The notes below the pieces were generated by a model, which saw nothing but the letters and a program-made list of their open reading frames with translations, did no database searches and was not told the origin of the DNA. A stretch of 63,266 bases of DNA, counting the filler, from Octopus bimaculoides (taxonomy: Eukaryota), in the NCBI RefSeq assembly GCF_001194135.2. It is 7 parts of 7 records of this genome, joined end to end, with 100 filler letters (N's around TTAATTAATTAA, not from the genome) between each part and the next. Parts side by side here need not be neighbours in the genome. Positions count along the whole stretch, not along the records: positions 1 to 18,664 come from NC_068987.1; positions 18,765 to 30,553 come from NC_069003.1; 5 more parts are not named here. One strand, 5' to 3'. Made by a program: the position numbers and the translations under genes. The first letter of the stretch is position 1, and each line of letters begins with the position of its first letter. Below are positions 11,708 through 24,900 of the stretch, piece by piece.

Positions 11708-13769
11708 ATTACTATCGCTGACACGACCAATACCATCTTCTTACTGTAACCATCATCATCACCGCCACCTTCACAGCCAGTAAGAATAATATAAGAACTT
11801 CTCACGTATTCTGACATAGAAATTTAATCACATTATCAGTTGTTTTGAAAGCAAACGGATGAATGTAATAGAAAAGGTTCTCTCGGCTCAAGGCATTCCA
11901 TTTTCATTTCTGTGTAGTTTGATTTATGAGGTGGTGTGCAAAAGTTGAGACAATGTCGACATTTTCGATGACTGTGATTACGTTGATCGATAATAATTAC
12001 ATTTTAACCATGGACTGAATTCGCTGTCACCAAATTCCATGAACTGCTTTTCAATCAAATAATTTCAGATGAACGAGAGAGGATTGACAGGCACATAGAA
12101 TATCGAGAAGATAAAGTGAGTGAGACGTGCCACTAGACGAAATCACAATTTCCATTAACTTTTCACGAAGATTAACGGAGGGCGAATGACATTGATAAAG
12201 CGTAAATATGCCGAATCAGATTCGAGTTTCTGTATTCCGTCAGATTCCTCGCTGTTTGAAGTAAAAACTGAATTACATGTAAAATGAAAAACACACATTG
12301 AGCTTTAAAGATAAAGCTTATCGGCATCCATGCATTACATTCAGTGATGTCACCAAGTGACAGCGGTTTGAGCAAATGGAAAGGACATTAGTTATACTCT
12401 GCTTTTAATTAAATTATGAAGAAATATTGTTGTAGCTGTTAATATTACTGTCATTTAAGGTCACGTGTCATTTCATCTCGCAGACCTATGAAAAAAATTA
12501 CTTACCATCCATTCTCAAACTTTATGATCATGGAGATGTACAGCAATAATTTCTGTTATTTCCTTTCCAAAAGGTGTAATTTTTAAAAAAAATGTTATTC
12601 CTTGAAAATCGATCTATCCTGTAACGACTATACACAAAAGTTTAAATCGTTTGCATCAGCGATAAAAAGTAGCAGTATTTGAAATTCACTCGCTAGTTCA
12701 GATGTGTGAAATCAATAGAATCGAAATGTCAATATTTTCACCTGTCATTCTTCGCTTCAATTCACATACATGTGCTCTTTACCTGAGACAATTTAAAACT
12801 TTAAGAATTTATGCAAACCAAAAAACAAACACAAAGTGGTCTGGTAATGAAAATTATTACGCAATTTAAACAAGAATATATTTCGGTCGAAACTTATATA
12901 TGCGTTTTTGTGAACGTCTATGAGAGAATATGCATACATGTTTATATAAATGACAACCGATGCTGATCGGTAAGGCCTTATTTTCATATACGCCAGCTTA
13001 ATTTTATTCGCCCTTAGTCAACATAACACGAAGCCTACAAACATACACACACTCACTCATACATACAAGAACAAATATGCACAAATATGCACATAATGTA
13101 ACCAAAACACAAGCACTCTAACATACCTAAACACATTAGTGTAAATCGTGAGCTTCGTTTCCCTTCACTTCGATCTCTGGTAATTCAATTGAAATAGTGT
13201 CTTTGCACTCCTATTACCAACCTAACCATTCATTGACCTTCGTTCGTCATTGATATATTTCTGCTTTACTTAATTTCGCCCCACACCCCGACTAAACTTA
13301 TCAGAGTTTTTCCTTCAGAAAAAAAAGAGCTTTATAATTTTATAGAGATATTTAGCAGTTAATATTTCACTACCCTTCCAACCGTTTCTACTAAGGAAGC
13401 ATTCCATTTTCTCTATAACCACTGTAATAACGAAATACAATAGCGATGGCTTCATCATTTTAATGCGTGCAGAGAAAAGAAGAGAAATGCTTTTAACAAT
13501 TCAGAGTAAAAATTTTCATCTCAAAGGAAAGTTAAGAGAACGAGAGGGAAAAAAATTGAAAGAGAAAATGTGAAGAGAGGAAGCGATTGGAAAGTGAAAA
13601 CATTGATAGAGAGAAAAGAATAAGGACCGAAGAGCTGCGTGTAAGCCTGAGCCAGTTTCATCTTAGTAAGTGACTTTGAAATAGACCAGAATGGCTTTTC
13701 ATCAGTTGAAGAGGAAAACAGGGGAGATAATGGGTGAGACCGGTTTAGATCTGTGTATTTGCTAATTGA

Positions 13770-15115
13770 GTGTGTATGTGTGTGTACTAAAAAGTGATCG
13801 CGTGCTGAAGTCAGAAAAACGTGTGTGTATGCAGATGTGTTTCTTAGCCATTTTAGTTGGAAGTGAGAGCGTTTCTTTTATCTTGTAAACTTTGGTTGTG
13901 TATGTATATTGTATGTGTGTATAGATGTATGTGTACATACATGTATATGAAGATTGTATGTGCATCTCGCATGCATGTTTGTACATTGTGCAATTGTATG
14001 TGCGTGTGAATGTCTGTGTTGTTAGGACGTATGTATACGTATGTTTGTTTTAAAGCTAAATATGCATTAATGTGTGTATCTGCGAGTATTTTGTATATGT
14101 GTGTTTAGTGTAGCCAAATACATGCGTGTTTTGTGAACACTCATATGTGAGGGGGGGTGCTGAAAAGTTCCCGACTTTGGCTAAAAGAAAATACGAGAGG
14201 ATCAGTTAATTATGGTTTTATTCAACACATTCTCCTCTCAGATCCACACACTTATTGCATCGGTCCTTCTGTTTTTCTAAGTCCTGTAAAAGACTCGGAA
14301 GACTGGGCCTTCAACCAGGCCCTTCGCGATATCTTTAAAGCTAGGAATTTTCAGCACCCGTCCTATGTGTGTTTGGAATGTATGCACGCTTTTGTGTATA
14401 TGCTTAAGTGACATATAATATAAAAATATAAACTGGGGATATGTATGGCTATAGCTCTTCCTGGAACATGCATGTGTACGTGTGTGGGGGTAGCAAATCC
14501 GATGTGTTTGTGTATGTTTGGCGCAACTCGGTCCGTCGTATGTGTCTATGTGTTTGTATGTGGGCTACGTTTAATGCGTGTAGATGTGTGTGTTAAATGA
14601 ATGTGTTGCATATAGTATGCGTGTGGGTCTGTGTGTTTAAGAGCGAGTTTGTGTGTTAGTGAGTGATTGTGCACGTTTGAACATGTTTATCTGTAGCTTG
14701 GGAGTGTGATTTTTTTTTAGATTCTCTGTTAACATAATGTAACTACAAGAATAGCGTTCGTGCGGGTTTATTATGTGTATATTTTGAGAGACACGTTTAT
14801 GTATTGTGTGTATGTTTAGTCGGCTGATTTTATTAGTGTACATGCTGTCTTTCGGTGCGTTTTGAGAGTGCATGTGTGTGAAGTCTAAATGTGTGTGTAT
14901 TCTTTATGTGCAAGTAATATATGGTAGTATATATTCTAAGTGTGTGTGTGAGGGTTTGTATTTATGCAAATGTACTTAGTATCGTGTGAATGTATTGACT
15001 GCTTAATGTCTGATTGTCATAGCAGGGGGTGATGGTGTATGTTGTCAAGTGTATTAAGCCGTGCGTTGTCAACGGTGTAGTGTGTACTGAGAAGGGGATA
15101 AGAAAAAAAGTGTAG
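13770..15115. repeat. Long cryptic TG-rich low-complexity tract interrupted by a mariner MITE
   Basis: Strong T/G bias with decayed (TG)n and (TATG)n words on the plus strand. Confidence 0.6.
14146..14365. mobile_element. Mariner-type MITE (~220 bp)
   Basis: Inverted termini GGGTGCTGAAAAGTTCCCGACTTT / AAAGCTAGGAATTTTCAGCACCCGTCCTA; non-coding interior. Confidence 0.75.
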
Positions 15116-16559
15116 GTATTGAGTCCGCGGACACGAACATTCTGAGAAGAAATTTTCTTCTCTCTGGAAGCTAGAGATGGATGATGCAGCATACTGAGCG
15201 ACACCATAAATGGAGAGGCATTAGCCTGAAAATAAGAGGGGTTGATTGTATGAGATTTCTAGTGTATTTGAATGAGAACCCAAACCAAATTGAAAATTCA
15301 GTTCTAGAGGGGCTTCTTCGTTTCTCTACACTCTAAACTAGACTTTTCACCCACTATACCGTATATAGTCTGTAAATGCGCCGCGAGTTTTCAACCGAAC
15401 CGGAAAATGGTCGCATATTTAGAAGACTTTCTCGGTTTTAATGCACAGTACAGGTCATGTTGTATTTATTTTTCTTCATCGTCAAATGCAATGCATGCAA
15501 CCATCTCGTTTAAGACAATTTTAGTAAACGGCTTTTATGTAGTAAATATTTTTGTGTTTATGTTCTACAATAATTTTGTGCTGTATTCATTGATCCGTGA
15601 ATCAACAACTGTTGGAAAACACTTTTTAAGCAATAGGAATAAAATACATCACAATAGCAACAACAACATGAACTATAATGTATCTTCATACCAAGCGTTA
15701 TCATTTTTGCATGAGGGGAAGAGTGATCAGGCTGCTACTTTCACGGTCATGAGTTCAACTCACGGACCGGGCGGCATGTTGTGTTCTCAACCAAAACACT
15801 TCATTCCATGTTGCTCTATTACTNNNNNNNNNNNNNNNNNNNNNNNNNNNNNNGGGAGCGACATCTCAAAAAGTAGAGTCAACGTTTTCTCTGTGTATCA
15901 TAAAAAGCGAATGAAAGAGGTAGAGGTAGGATCTGCACTCCGGACTCGTAAAACTCTCGTCAGTAACGATTAGCCAGAGAGACGCATGAGTTGAAGTGTT
16001 GTCACCTGAGTACTTCAAAGTGTCATCCTCCAGGTGTAGAGGGCCACCTATAGATGGTGGATTCAGCGACGCACTGTTACAGTGCATTCCACCTACTACT
16101 ACAACAAGGAGGAGGTAGAAGAAGAGCAATAGCAACAATTTGAATAGTAATGAAATTCTATGAATGAAAGTCGGAGCAAAATTTGAAAGCGCATTCACTT
16201 GACGGCAAAATATACAACAATAAAACAAAGAAAAAAAAAGAAACAAACTTCGTTGGTTACTTTTATTTTAATGTCAACATTAACGAATGATCGAACATTT
16301 TAATGTCTTGGTAGCAGGAAAGCATTAGATTATATTAAAAAAAACACCTTTTTAGTGAAGGAAAAGATGCACTTATTATTATTANNNNNNNNNNNNNNNN
16401 NNNNNNNNNNNNNNNNNNNNNNNNNNNNNNNNNNNNNNNNNNNNNNNNNNNNNNNNNNNNNNNNNNNNNNNNNNNNNNNNNNNNNNNNNNNNNNNNNNNN
16501 NNNNNNNNNNNNNNNNNNNNNNNNNNNNNNNNNNNNNNNNNNNNNNNAACATCAACAGC

Positions 16560-16624
<65 letters not shown>

Positions 16625-17045
16625 GTTGTGACGCCACTATCAGGTAGCAAAAGTGCTAGATTGGAAACTGTAAAAGAGGGGGGGGGCTAGACAGAGGCAT
16701 CACGTGGTATGAGCACAAACCTCAGAGAGTGGCAGAGTCGGAGATTAGCAAAACCCTCTGGGATTTCCCAATCCAAACAGATCAGGTGCTTCAGCATAAC
16801 AGACCGGATCTAGTGGTGGTGGACAAGATGCACCACATATGCTATATAGTTGATGTTGCATGCCATTTGACCCACAAATAGTCAAGAAGGAAAACGAAAA
16901 AATAGATAGATAGATAGATACAACCCTCTTAAGTACGAAATGGCCCGGCTATGGAAAATGAGAAGGTGAAGATAGTGCAAATTATTGTTGGGTCTTTGGG
17001 AATAGTATCAGAAGGCATCAAGGGAAATATAAAGGAAATCGGAAA
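16625..17045 (+). mobile_element. R4/Dong-like RLE endonuclease fragment abutting (AAT)n
   Basis: RHYQVAKVLDW...WYEHKPQRVAESEISKTLWDFPIQTDQVLQHNRPDLVVVDKMHHICYIVDVA...KYEMARLWKM...IIVGSLG. Confidence 0.85.
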
Positions 17046-17048
17046 ATG

Positions 17049-17333
17049 CAGGCGCAATGGCCCAGTGGTTAGGGCAGCGGACTCGCGGTAATAGGATCGC
17101 GGTTTCGATTCCCAGACCGGGCGTTGTGAGTGTTTATTGAGCGAAAACACTTAAAAGCTCCACGAGGCTCTGGCAGGGGATGGTGGCGAACCCTGCTGTA
17201 CTCTTTCACCACAACTTTCTCTTACTCTTTCTTCTTGTTTCTGTTGTGCCTGTAATTCAAAGGGTCAGCCTTGTCACACTGTGTCACGCTGAATATCCCC
17301 GAGGAACTACGTTAAGGGTACACGTGTCTGTGG
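17049..17333 (+). mobile_element. SINE family C (tRNA-derived), young
   Basis: A box TGGCCCAGTGG, B box GGTTTCGATTCCC; body AAAAGCTCCACGAGGCTC..GTCACACTGTGTCACGCTGAA. Confidence 0.9.
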
Positions 17334-18764
17334 ANNNNNNNNNNNNNNNNNNNNNNNNNNNNNNNNNNNNNNNNNNNNNNNNNNNNNNNNNNNNNNNNNN
17401 NNNNNNNNNNNNNNNNNNNNNNNNNNNNNNNNNNNNNNNNNNNNNNNNNNNNNNNNNNNNNNNNNNNNNNNNNNNNNNNNNNNNNNNNNNNNNNNNNNNN
17501 NNNNNNNNNNNNNNNNNNNNNNNNNNNNNNNNNNNNNNNNNNNNNNNNNNNNNNNNNNNNNNNNNNNNNNNNNNNNNNNNNNNNNNNNNNNNNNNNNNNN
17601 NNNNNNNNNNNNNNNNNNNNNNNNNNNNNNNNNNNNNNNNNNNNNNNNNNNNNNNNNNNNNNNNNNNNNNNNNNNNNNNNNNNNNNNNNNNNNNNNNNNN
17701 NNNNNNNNNNNNNNNNNNNNNNNNNNNNNNNNNNNNNNNNNNNNNNNNNNNNNNNNNNNNNNNNNNNNNNNNNNNNNNNNNNNNNNNNNNNNNNNNNNNN
17801 NNNNNNNNNNNNNNNNNNNNNNNNNNNNNNNNNNNNNNNNNNNNNNNNNNNNNNNNNNNNNNNNNNNNNNATATATATATATATGCAAATACAACAATAG
17901 ACAACAATTATAAATCCTAGATGCGCAATGACCCAGAGAATTCAGCATTTTAAATGGATATATACATATTAAAGTACTATTTTAATGTCTGAGCTTATGA
18001 ATTGTACTGTATGTCATGTTCAATTTTTCTAGATCACAAGATAAACCTCTTAACAGAAACTCTAATAAAGCTTTTGAAAATAGAATGACCGTGAAGTCCT
18101 ATATAATGTCATATCATAAAGATCGTCAAAATTATAGACTCAATTTAATGGTTCTTGAACATCTATGCAATCATTTGAATTTCACTTTGAAGGGAAGACT
18201 GAAATATTTCTTATCTTTTGAATTATCGAATTATACCTCATTTCTTATTTAATTCCTGAGATAGTAATTTTCTATTAGCAATAACAACAACTGTGTTGCA
18301 TTGCGTTTCTTATATCACATCTCTCAATGGGTATCACCTGAATCCTAATAAATAGAAATCTAAACTCTGTTACGAACACATGATCTTTAGAAGTTCTTCA
18401 AAGTGCTGCATTAGTGTGGAGTGCAGGGTTGGAAAGAGAGAATTCAATTCTCTGATACAATTGTTGAAGAGCTTGCGGGTAAAATTAGCTGCTTGGTTCA
18501 ATAAATATACTGAATGGTTAAATCATTAGTGCGATGTATCTGTTCTCTCACAGAACAGTTGTATCCAATACAGTGCCCGTTGTTTCCTGTAAGGTACGTC
18601 TTATACCGCGCTATGCCGTAAGATATATCTAGGTGTATCAATACACACACACACACACACACACNNNNNNNNNNNNNNNNNNNNNNNNNNNNNNNNNNNN
18701 NNNNNNNNTTAATTAATTAANNNNNNNNNNNNNNNNNNNNNNNNNNNNNNNNNNNNNNNNNNNN

Positions 18765-18801
<37 letters not shown>

Positions 18802-18802
18802 C

Positions 18803-18962
18803 AACAGGCTTCTTTCAGTTTCCATCTACCAAACCTACTCACAAGTTTTGGTTGGCCCAAGGCTACAGTAGAAGACACTTGCCCAAGGTGCCACGCACCG
18901 GGACCGAACCTGGAACCATGTGGTTGGGAAGCAAGCTTCTTGCCACACAGCCACACCTGCGC
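18803..18962 (-). mobile_element. SINE family B, 5' half
   Basis: Minus strand TGGCTGTGTGG (A box), GGTTCGGTCCC (B box), GGCACCTTGGGCAAGTGTCTTC (cf. the CORE motif GACCTTGGGCAAGT). Confidence 0.9.
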
Positions 18963-19634
18963 TTATGTTTATATTCGATGTTTAAATTAAATGTTTCTGA
19001 GGGGATATTAAATATTTTGATTATTCATTGTCTGAAACACCAACTAGAGTTTATATTTATTCGTTTATTTATTTATTCATACGAGCCAACGAGGAGGCCC
19101 CTTCTATGATAATTCATTCACATGAATTTTGCTGTCCAACCTCCCTCGAATCACACTTTACAATAAGTCAGACGTATTGGATAATGTAAATTCTGGAGTG
19201 TAAAGACTGCATGATCACGATAAAATCGCCTTTGATCATAAGCCAGGTAACCTAGGGCCAACCTGGTCTAAGTACAACAACAGCAGCAACAACAACAACA
19301 AAGAAATATATTTAATAGTTTCAAGTGTTTGGTTTTATGACAACAAAGATATCTATTTACTTAATAGGCTTGTGTCAAGGAACTATGAAACACAAATTTT
19401 ATACCGTCTTGTCTGTATGTTTTAAAATGGAAGAAATAGTATTTCCTGATAATATCTCGTTTAAGATACTGCAAGGCAAGTAAAGAGAAAAAGAAAGAGA
19501 AAAAAAGGGAAGAAAAAAAATAATAATATTCTAAATGCTTAATCAAAACGTTTCGTCTCGAGAAATAATCACAAGTTGCATAAATGATTAATTGATTTTT
19601 CAATATTAAAAGACAAATAATAAACTGAACCGTC

Positions 19635-19636
<2 letters not shown>

Positions 19637-19676
<40 letters not shown>

Positions 19677-19689
19677 CACCATCATCATC

Positions 19690-19760
<71 letters not shown>

Positions 19761-19773
19761 CACCATCATCATC

Positions 19774-19812
<39 letters not shown>
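19637..19812. repeat. (TAT)n microsatellite with a duplicated CACCATCATCATCTT interruption (84-bp period)
   Basis: Interruptions start at 19677 and 19761. Confidence 0.95.
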
Positions 19813-19814
<2 letters not shown>

Positions 19815-20552
19815 AATATGGTGTTTTAATTTACAATATTCTCGTCTTGGTGAAATTACATTCAAGTGAAGACGGTTGTAATGTTTTAAAACAACAGAGG
19901 AACGAATCGGGAATTTGAATCCCCACATCGCTTGTGCTTTTGCACGCATTACCATACAGATTGGTGTACTGGCTCAGGTGTAACTATGTATAGTTAAAAC
20001 GTTCTCTTCGCAACGATGGATATCCAAGATCGATTCCACAGGGTTCTGTTTGGGCCAAGTGTCTTTGATTTCTATCGTAATTTCGAGTTAACCGATATGG
20101 TGTCAATGAAGCTTGGATGACGAAAATCGTACAGAAGGCCATCTAACACTGACTCACACACACGCACACGTATACTCGCACACACACACACACACACACT
20201 CACACGAAAACGAACTCTTTTTCGAACAAGGAAAGAAACAAACAGAGAAACGAGACGAGCAACATAAAGAACAATCCCTTCATCAGTTACTTCCTTCATC
20301 AATAACATCAGTATTTGATTGTTACTTTATTTTATTGGTCCCGGAATGATGAAAGGTGAAGTGAACATCAGTAGGATTTGAACTCAGAACGTACAAAGCC
20401 GGAAGAAATACAGTTCGGCATTTTGTCTGATACGTTAACAATTCAACCAGCTCACTGCCTTAACAATGACAATAATAATCTTTTCTATGACAGACACTGG
20501 GCCTGATTATGTTTCTTTGGGGTTGGGGGGCAGTAAATTGATGATATCGGGT

Positions 20553-20806
20553 TGTTGTTGTTGCTGGTACTCCGTCGCTTACGACGTCGAGGGTTCCAGT
20601 TGATCTGATCAACGGAACAGCCTGCTCGTGAAATTAACGTGCAAGTGGCTGAGATCTCCACAGACACGTGTACACATAACATAGTTCTCGGGGAGATTCA
20701 GCGTGACACAATGTGACAAGGCTGACCCTTTGAATTACAGGCACAGCAGAAACAGGAAGTAAAAGTGAGAGAAGGGTGTGGCGAAAGAGTACAGCAGGGT
20801 TCGACC
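20553..20806 (-). mobile_element. SINE family C, 3' portion
   Basis: CTCCGTCGCTTACGACGTCGAGGGTTCCAGTTGATC..CAGCGTGACACA..GCTGACCCTTTGAATTACAGGCAC. Confidence 0.85.
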
Positions 20807-20984
20807 TCAGTATTAAACTGGTTCTTATTTTATCGACTCAGAAAGAAAGAAAAGCAAAGTAAACTTCACTGGAAATTGCACTCAGGACGTAAAGTTGAAC
20901 GAAGTATTTTGTCCGGCCTGCTAACGATTCCGCCAGCTTGCTTTATTATAAGCACAAGGACTGCAATTTTAGAAGAGGGCTTGG

Positions 20985-21715
20985 TCCATTATATCGACTC
21001 CAGTGTTCTGGCTGGTACTTATTTTATCGACACCCAAGGGATTAAAAACAAAATCGACCTCGGCGAAATTCGAGCTTAGAATGTAAAGATGCACGATATG
21101 CTGTTATTATTTTGACCATCGTGCTAACGATTCGGCCAGCTCGCTAACTTAATAACAACAGTTGTAATAATAATCCTTTCTACTATAGGCACAAGGCCTG
21201 AATTTTTTTTTTTTTTTTTTTGGCGGTGGGGACCGATTAGTCGATTACCTCAACCCTAGTGTTTCACAGGTACTTAATTTATCGACCTCGAAAGGATGAA
21301 AGGCAAAGTCGACCCCGGCGGAATTTGAACTCAGAACGTAGCGACGGGCAAAATAGTGCTAAGCATTTCGTCCAGCGTGCTACCGATCCTGCTAGCTCGC
21401 TAAATTAACAACTAGGCACAAGGCCCGAAATTTTGGGGAGGGGGCCAGTCGATTAGATCGACCCCAGTACGCAACTGGTACTTAATTTATCGACCCCGAA
21501 ATGATGAAAAGCAAAGTCGACTACGGCGGTTACAACAGTTAATAATAATCTTTTCTTCAATAGGAACAAGGCCTGAAATTTTGGAGAGAGTCTTGTCGAT
21601 TACATCGAACCCAGTGTTCAAGCAGTGCTTATTTCATCGACCCACGAAATGATGAAAGGCAAAAACGACCTCGTCGGAATTTGAACTTGGAATGTAAAGA
21701 CGGACCAAATGCATT
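20985..21715 (-). mobile_element. Four adjacent same-strand SINE family A units
   Basis: TTTATCGAC..GATGAAAGGCAAAGTCGAC.. recurs at ~21025, 21280, 21490 and 21635. Confidence 0.85.
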
Positions 21716-22354
21716 AAGAACAATAACAATATTAGCAACATCAATAAAAACAACATACAAACAAAATAGAAACGATCTTAGTAACAACACAAAGCGATGA
21801 ATTATCCAATAAAACCACTTTTTTTTACAGCAAAAATATCGCTTTTTCTCTCTTTTTATAAAAAAAATTAAAATAGCTCAGAAAGATTGAGAAAAATATT
21901 TGCGAAGAGCAAATACAAACATCGCATTTGGACAATACAAAGAGACAAACAAACAACAATAACAAGGAGATTTGCGGTGGGAAAAAAGAAACAAAAATCA
22001 ATATATTTGATGTATCATTGGTAATTTCAATTCTGCCTGGAGCGAAAATTTCGCCACGATAAAAAGAACAACAACAACAGCAAAACACTGCAAACTACAA
22101 AGACATACCAAAACAACGCTCTACCACTTTGCATCATTATAGGCTATAGAGAGAAAACACTCAGACAGAGCACTTACGTAACCAAATAAAATAAAAGACG
22201 AGCTGGACATAGACATATCATAGCTTGATTCGTTACCCCCAACATGCTCCAGCCATCACAGAGCCTGCTGTTGTATGGACAATCAACTCTGAGCAACCAG
22301 ATCCAGACACGACTACAAAAGCGCAGAATATTATTAATACTGTTACAAACAGCG

Positions 22355-22760
22355 TGAGCCACTGAAGGTATTTCTGCTCGGTCGTTCGGTCAGCTAGAAA
22401 TAGCAGCGAAGTGTCGATTTAATATGTTCTATTCCTGGTTTTGTTTTCTTTTGTTTTTTCATGGCGAAAGAACGAGCCAATAAAGATATTTCTACGCGGT
22501 CGCTCTGTCAGCTAGAAGAAGTAGCCAAGTGTCAATCCAATATCTCCTGTTTAATTTTTTATGGCGATAGAATAAGCAAATGAAGGCGTTTCTGCTCGGT
22601 CACTCGATCAATTAGAAAGAACAGCCAAGTGTCCATCAAATATGTTCCAATTTATTTTTACGCGAAGAATGAGCTAATAAAGGCACTCAGTCGCTCGATC
22701 AGCTAGAAGGAACAGCTAAGTGTCAATCCAATACGCCTTTCATGACGAAAGGATATGATT
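22355..22760 (+). repeat. Four-unit diverged tandem array (91-118-bp period) derived from the interspersed GCTAGAAATAGCAGC repeat
   Basis: Anchors (G/A)(C/T)TAGAA at 22393, 22511, 22611 and 22702, each preceded by CTC(G/A)GTC..TCA and followed by AAGTGTC. Confidence 0.8.
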
Positions 22761-23200
22761 TGACTAAGATTTTGTTGTTATTTGTTTTTCTTCAGTTACA
22801 GCTGGAACTGTTGCTCAGACTCGGGGCCACTGTAGCGAAAGAAGAAAAAGAGTGGGAGCTACGTATACAAAAAATGTCGATTGATAGAAAGTTTAAACGG
22901 CTGAATATCATAGACCAGAGGAAAACAAGACGATGGTAGTGAGTTTTCACAGAGCAGCAGTTCGAGAAAATATGCTATGAGAATAAAGGGATCTATGGGT
23001 AACAGGAAGCTCAATAGAGAAACGATGTACCTGGGAAGAGAAGCAGCGTAACGCGTAAACTCTTGACAGATGGTACGTGAGCAGAAACTTCATCTGAGCA
23101 ACGACCATGGAAATACTTATACGTTGACTCAGAAGCAGGTAATTCAGTTGTTCAAATAACTCAATCCTCGTGGTCAGACTACAGAGATCCACCATGTGGG
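22760..23200 (-). mobile_element. CR1/L2-like LINE 3' fragment
   Basis: Minus-strand ...YSHSIFSRTAAL, cf. the SFFPRTAALWN C-terminal motif. Confidence 0.5.
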
Positions 23201-23942
23201 AGTAAGAGACAGAGGGAAAAAGATGGTCCGTGGCGAAAGGGTTTGGGTGCTGATTTGGCGATCATTAGATCCTAGTCTCCATTTTTTGAGTGTTTGAGCA
23301 ATTAGTCGAAAAATAAATTTTCTAGAAACATTAGTCGAAAACGAAACATTATTCGCCGTAATTGTAGTATTTTTCAAAGAAATAGATTAAACACATGTTC
23401 TCGTCCTCTGCAGGACTTGAACTCAGAACGTACAGAACTGGAATTAATTTCATAGAGTGCTGGTTCCGATGCTCTAACGATGCAGCCGCTAATATTTATA
23501 ATAAATAACAGCTTTTAATTTTCGCACAAGGCTGGAAAATTACAGGAGAGAGTATTAGTGGAAACACATTATTCTGACGACCTAGCAAGATTTGAACTCA
23601 AAACCTTAAGAATCAACGCAAACACCACAAAGCCTTTTTCCGCCATTCTAACGATACTGTCTGACATTGCTGTTTATGTACACACACATAATAATNNNNN
23701 NNNNNNNNNNNNNNNNNNNNNNNNNNNNNNNNNNNNNNNNNNNNNNNNNNNNNNNNNNNNNNNNNNNNNNNNNNNNNNNNNNNNNNNNNNNNNNNNNNNN
23801 NNNNNNNNNNNNNNNNNNNNNNNNNNNNNNNNNNNNNNNNNNNNNNNNNNNNNNNNNNNNNNNNNNNNNNNNNNNNNNNNNNNNNNNNNNNNNNNNNNNN
23901 NNNNNNNNNNNNNNNNNNNNNNNNNNNNNNNNNNNNNNNNNN

Positions 23943-23973
<31 letters not shown>

Positions 23974-24709
23974 TATATACACATATATACATATATATTA
24001 AATAATGCAATGATTTATTGGGTGTTCGTATCAACTGTCAAAAAGTGTTAGAGTCGTAAAAATTTTTAGAAATTATATACATCAGAATTAATAGATTCTA
24101 TATAATTTACACAATTTGACGTCGGGGGTTAGAAAGTTATTTGCGATAAACATAAAACATAAACATTTACGTCACAAAATCTAGTTAATGTCCTTTAGAA
24201 AGATATGCCTAGCACACGAGAATTAATTGTGATCGACTGCTAAAATATTAGTCCACTACTAGAAGTGACTGGATTGTCGTGGTTGTAAGTGTTAATGGTC
24301 GTAATAATAATCATTACAAACTGTAAACTAGCTTCCACTTCCAACAAATCCTGATATCGCCATCTTGGCCAACAACATCAATTAACAAGCACGAAATACT
24401 ACGGAAAGTAAGAGATGTTTTGGCGGAGCTGTTTCGCCGCCGCTTATTTGCCATCGATGAGGTGACGCCGGCTTATTTGACATCATATGTTTTAATGTTT
24501 CTCTAGTGTTAATATTACGCACGATCTCTCATTCTCTCTCAGTCTCTCCCCCTCTCTCTCTCTCTCTTCTTGATTCTCTCTCTCCCTGTGTGTGTGTGTG
24601 TTTATGCATGCGAGTATGTTTCTCTGTGTGTATAAGACAAGTAAAAGAGTATATGTATGTATGTGCGCATGCGAGATTTGTCTTCTTGACGCATTAAATG
24701 TGTATAGTC

Positions 24710-24900
24710 TTCCTAATTTTAGGTATAAGGCCAGCATTTTTTAGCGGGACGGGGCCTGTCGATTAAGTCAATCTCCAGGATTCAACTGGAATATAAGACA
24801 AAGTCGGCCGCGGATGAACTTGAGCTCTGAACGAACGAACGGAAGAAACGTATCTAAGCATTTTACCCGGCGTTTCTAACGACTCTGCCAGCACGCAACC
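24710..24900 (-). mobile_element. SINE family A, degenerate
   Basis: AAGGCCAGCATTTT..GTCGATTAAGTC..CAAAGTCG..TAAGCATTTT..TAACGACTCTGCCAGC. Confidence 0.65.

Noticed and set aside
15407-16246. 188-aa plus ORF and 126-aa minus ORF
   Set aside because: Composition is low-complexity and hydrophobic, the plus ORF spans a gap, and there is no recognisable domain or convincing splice pair.
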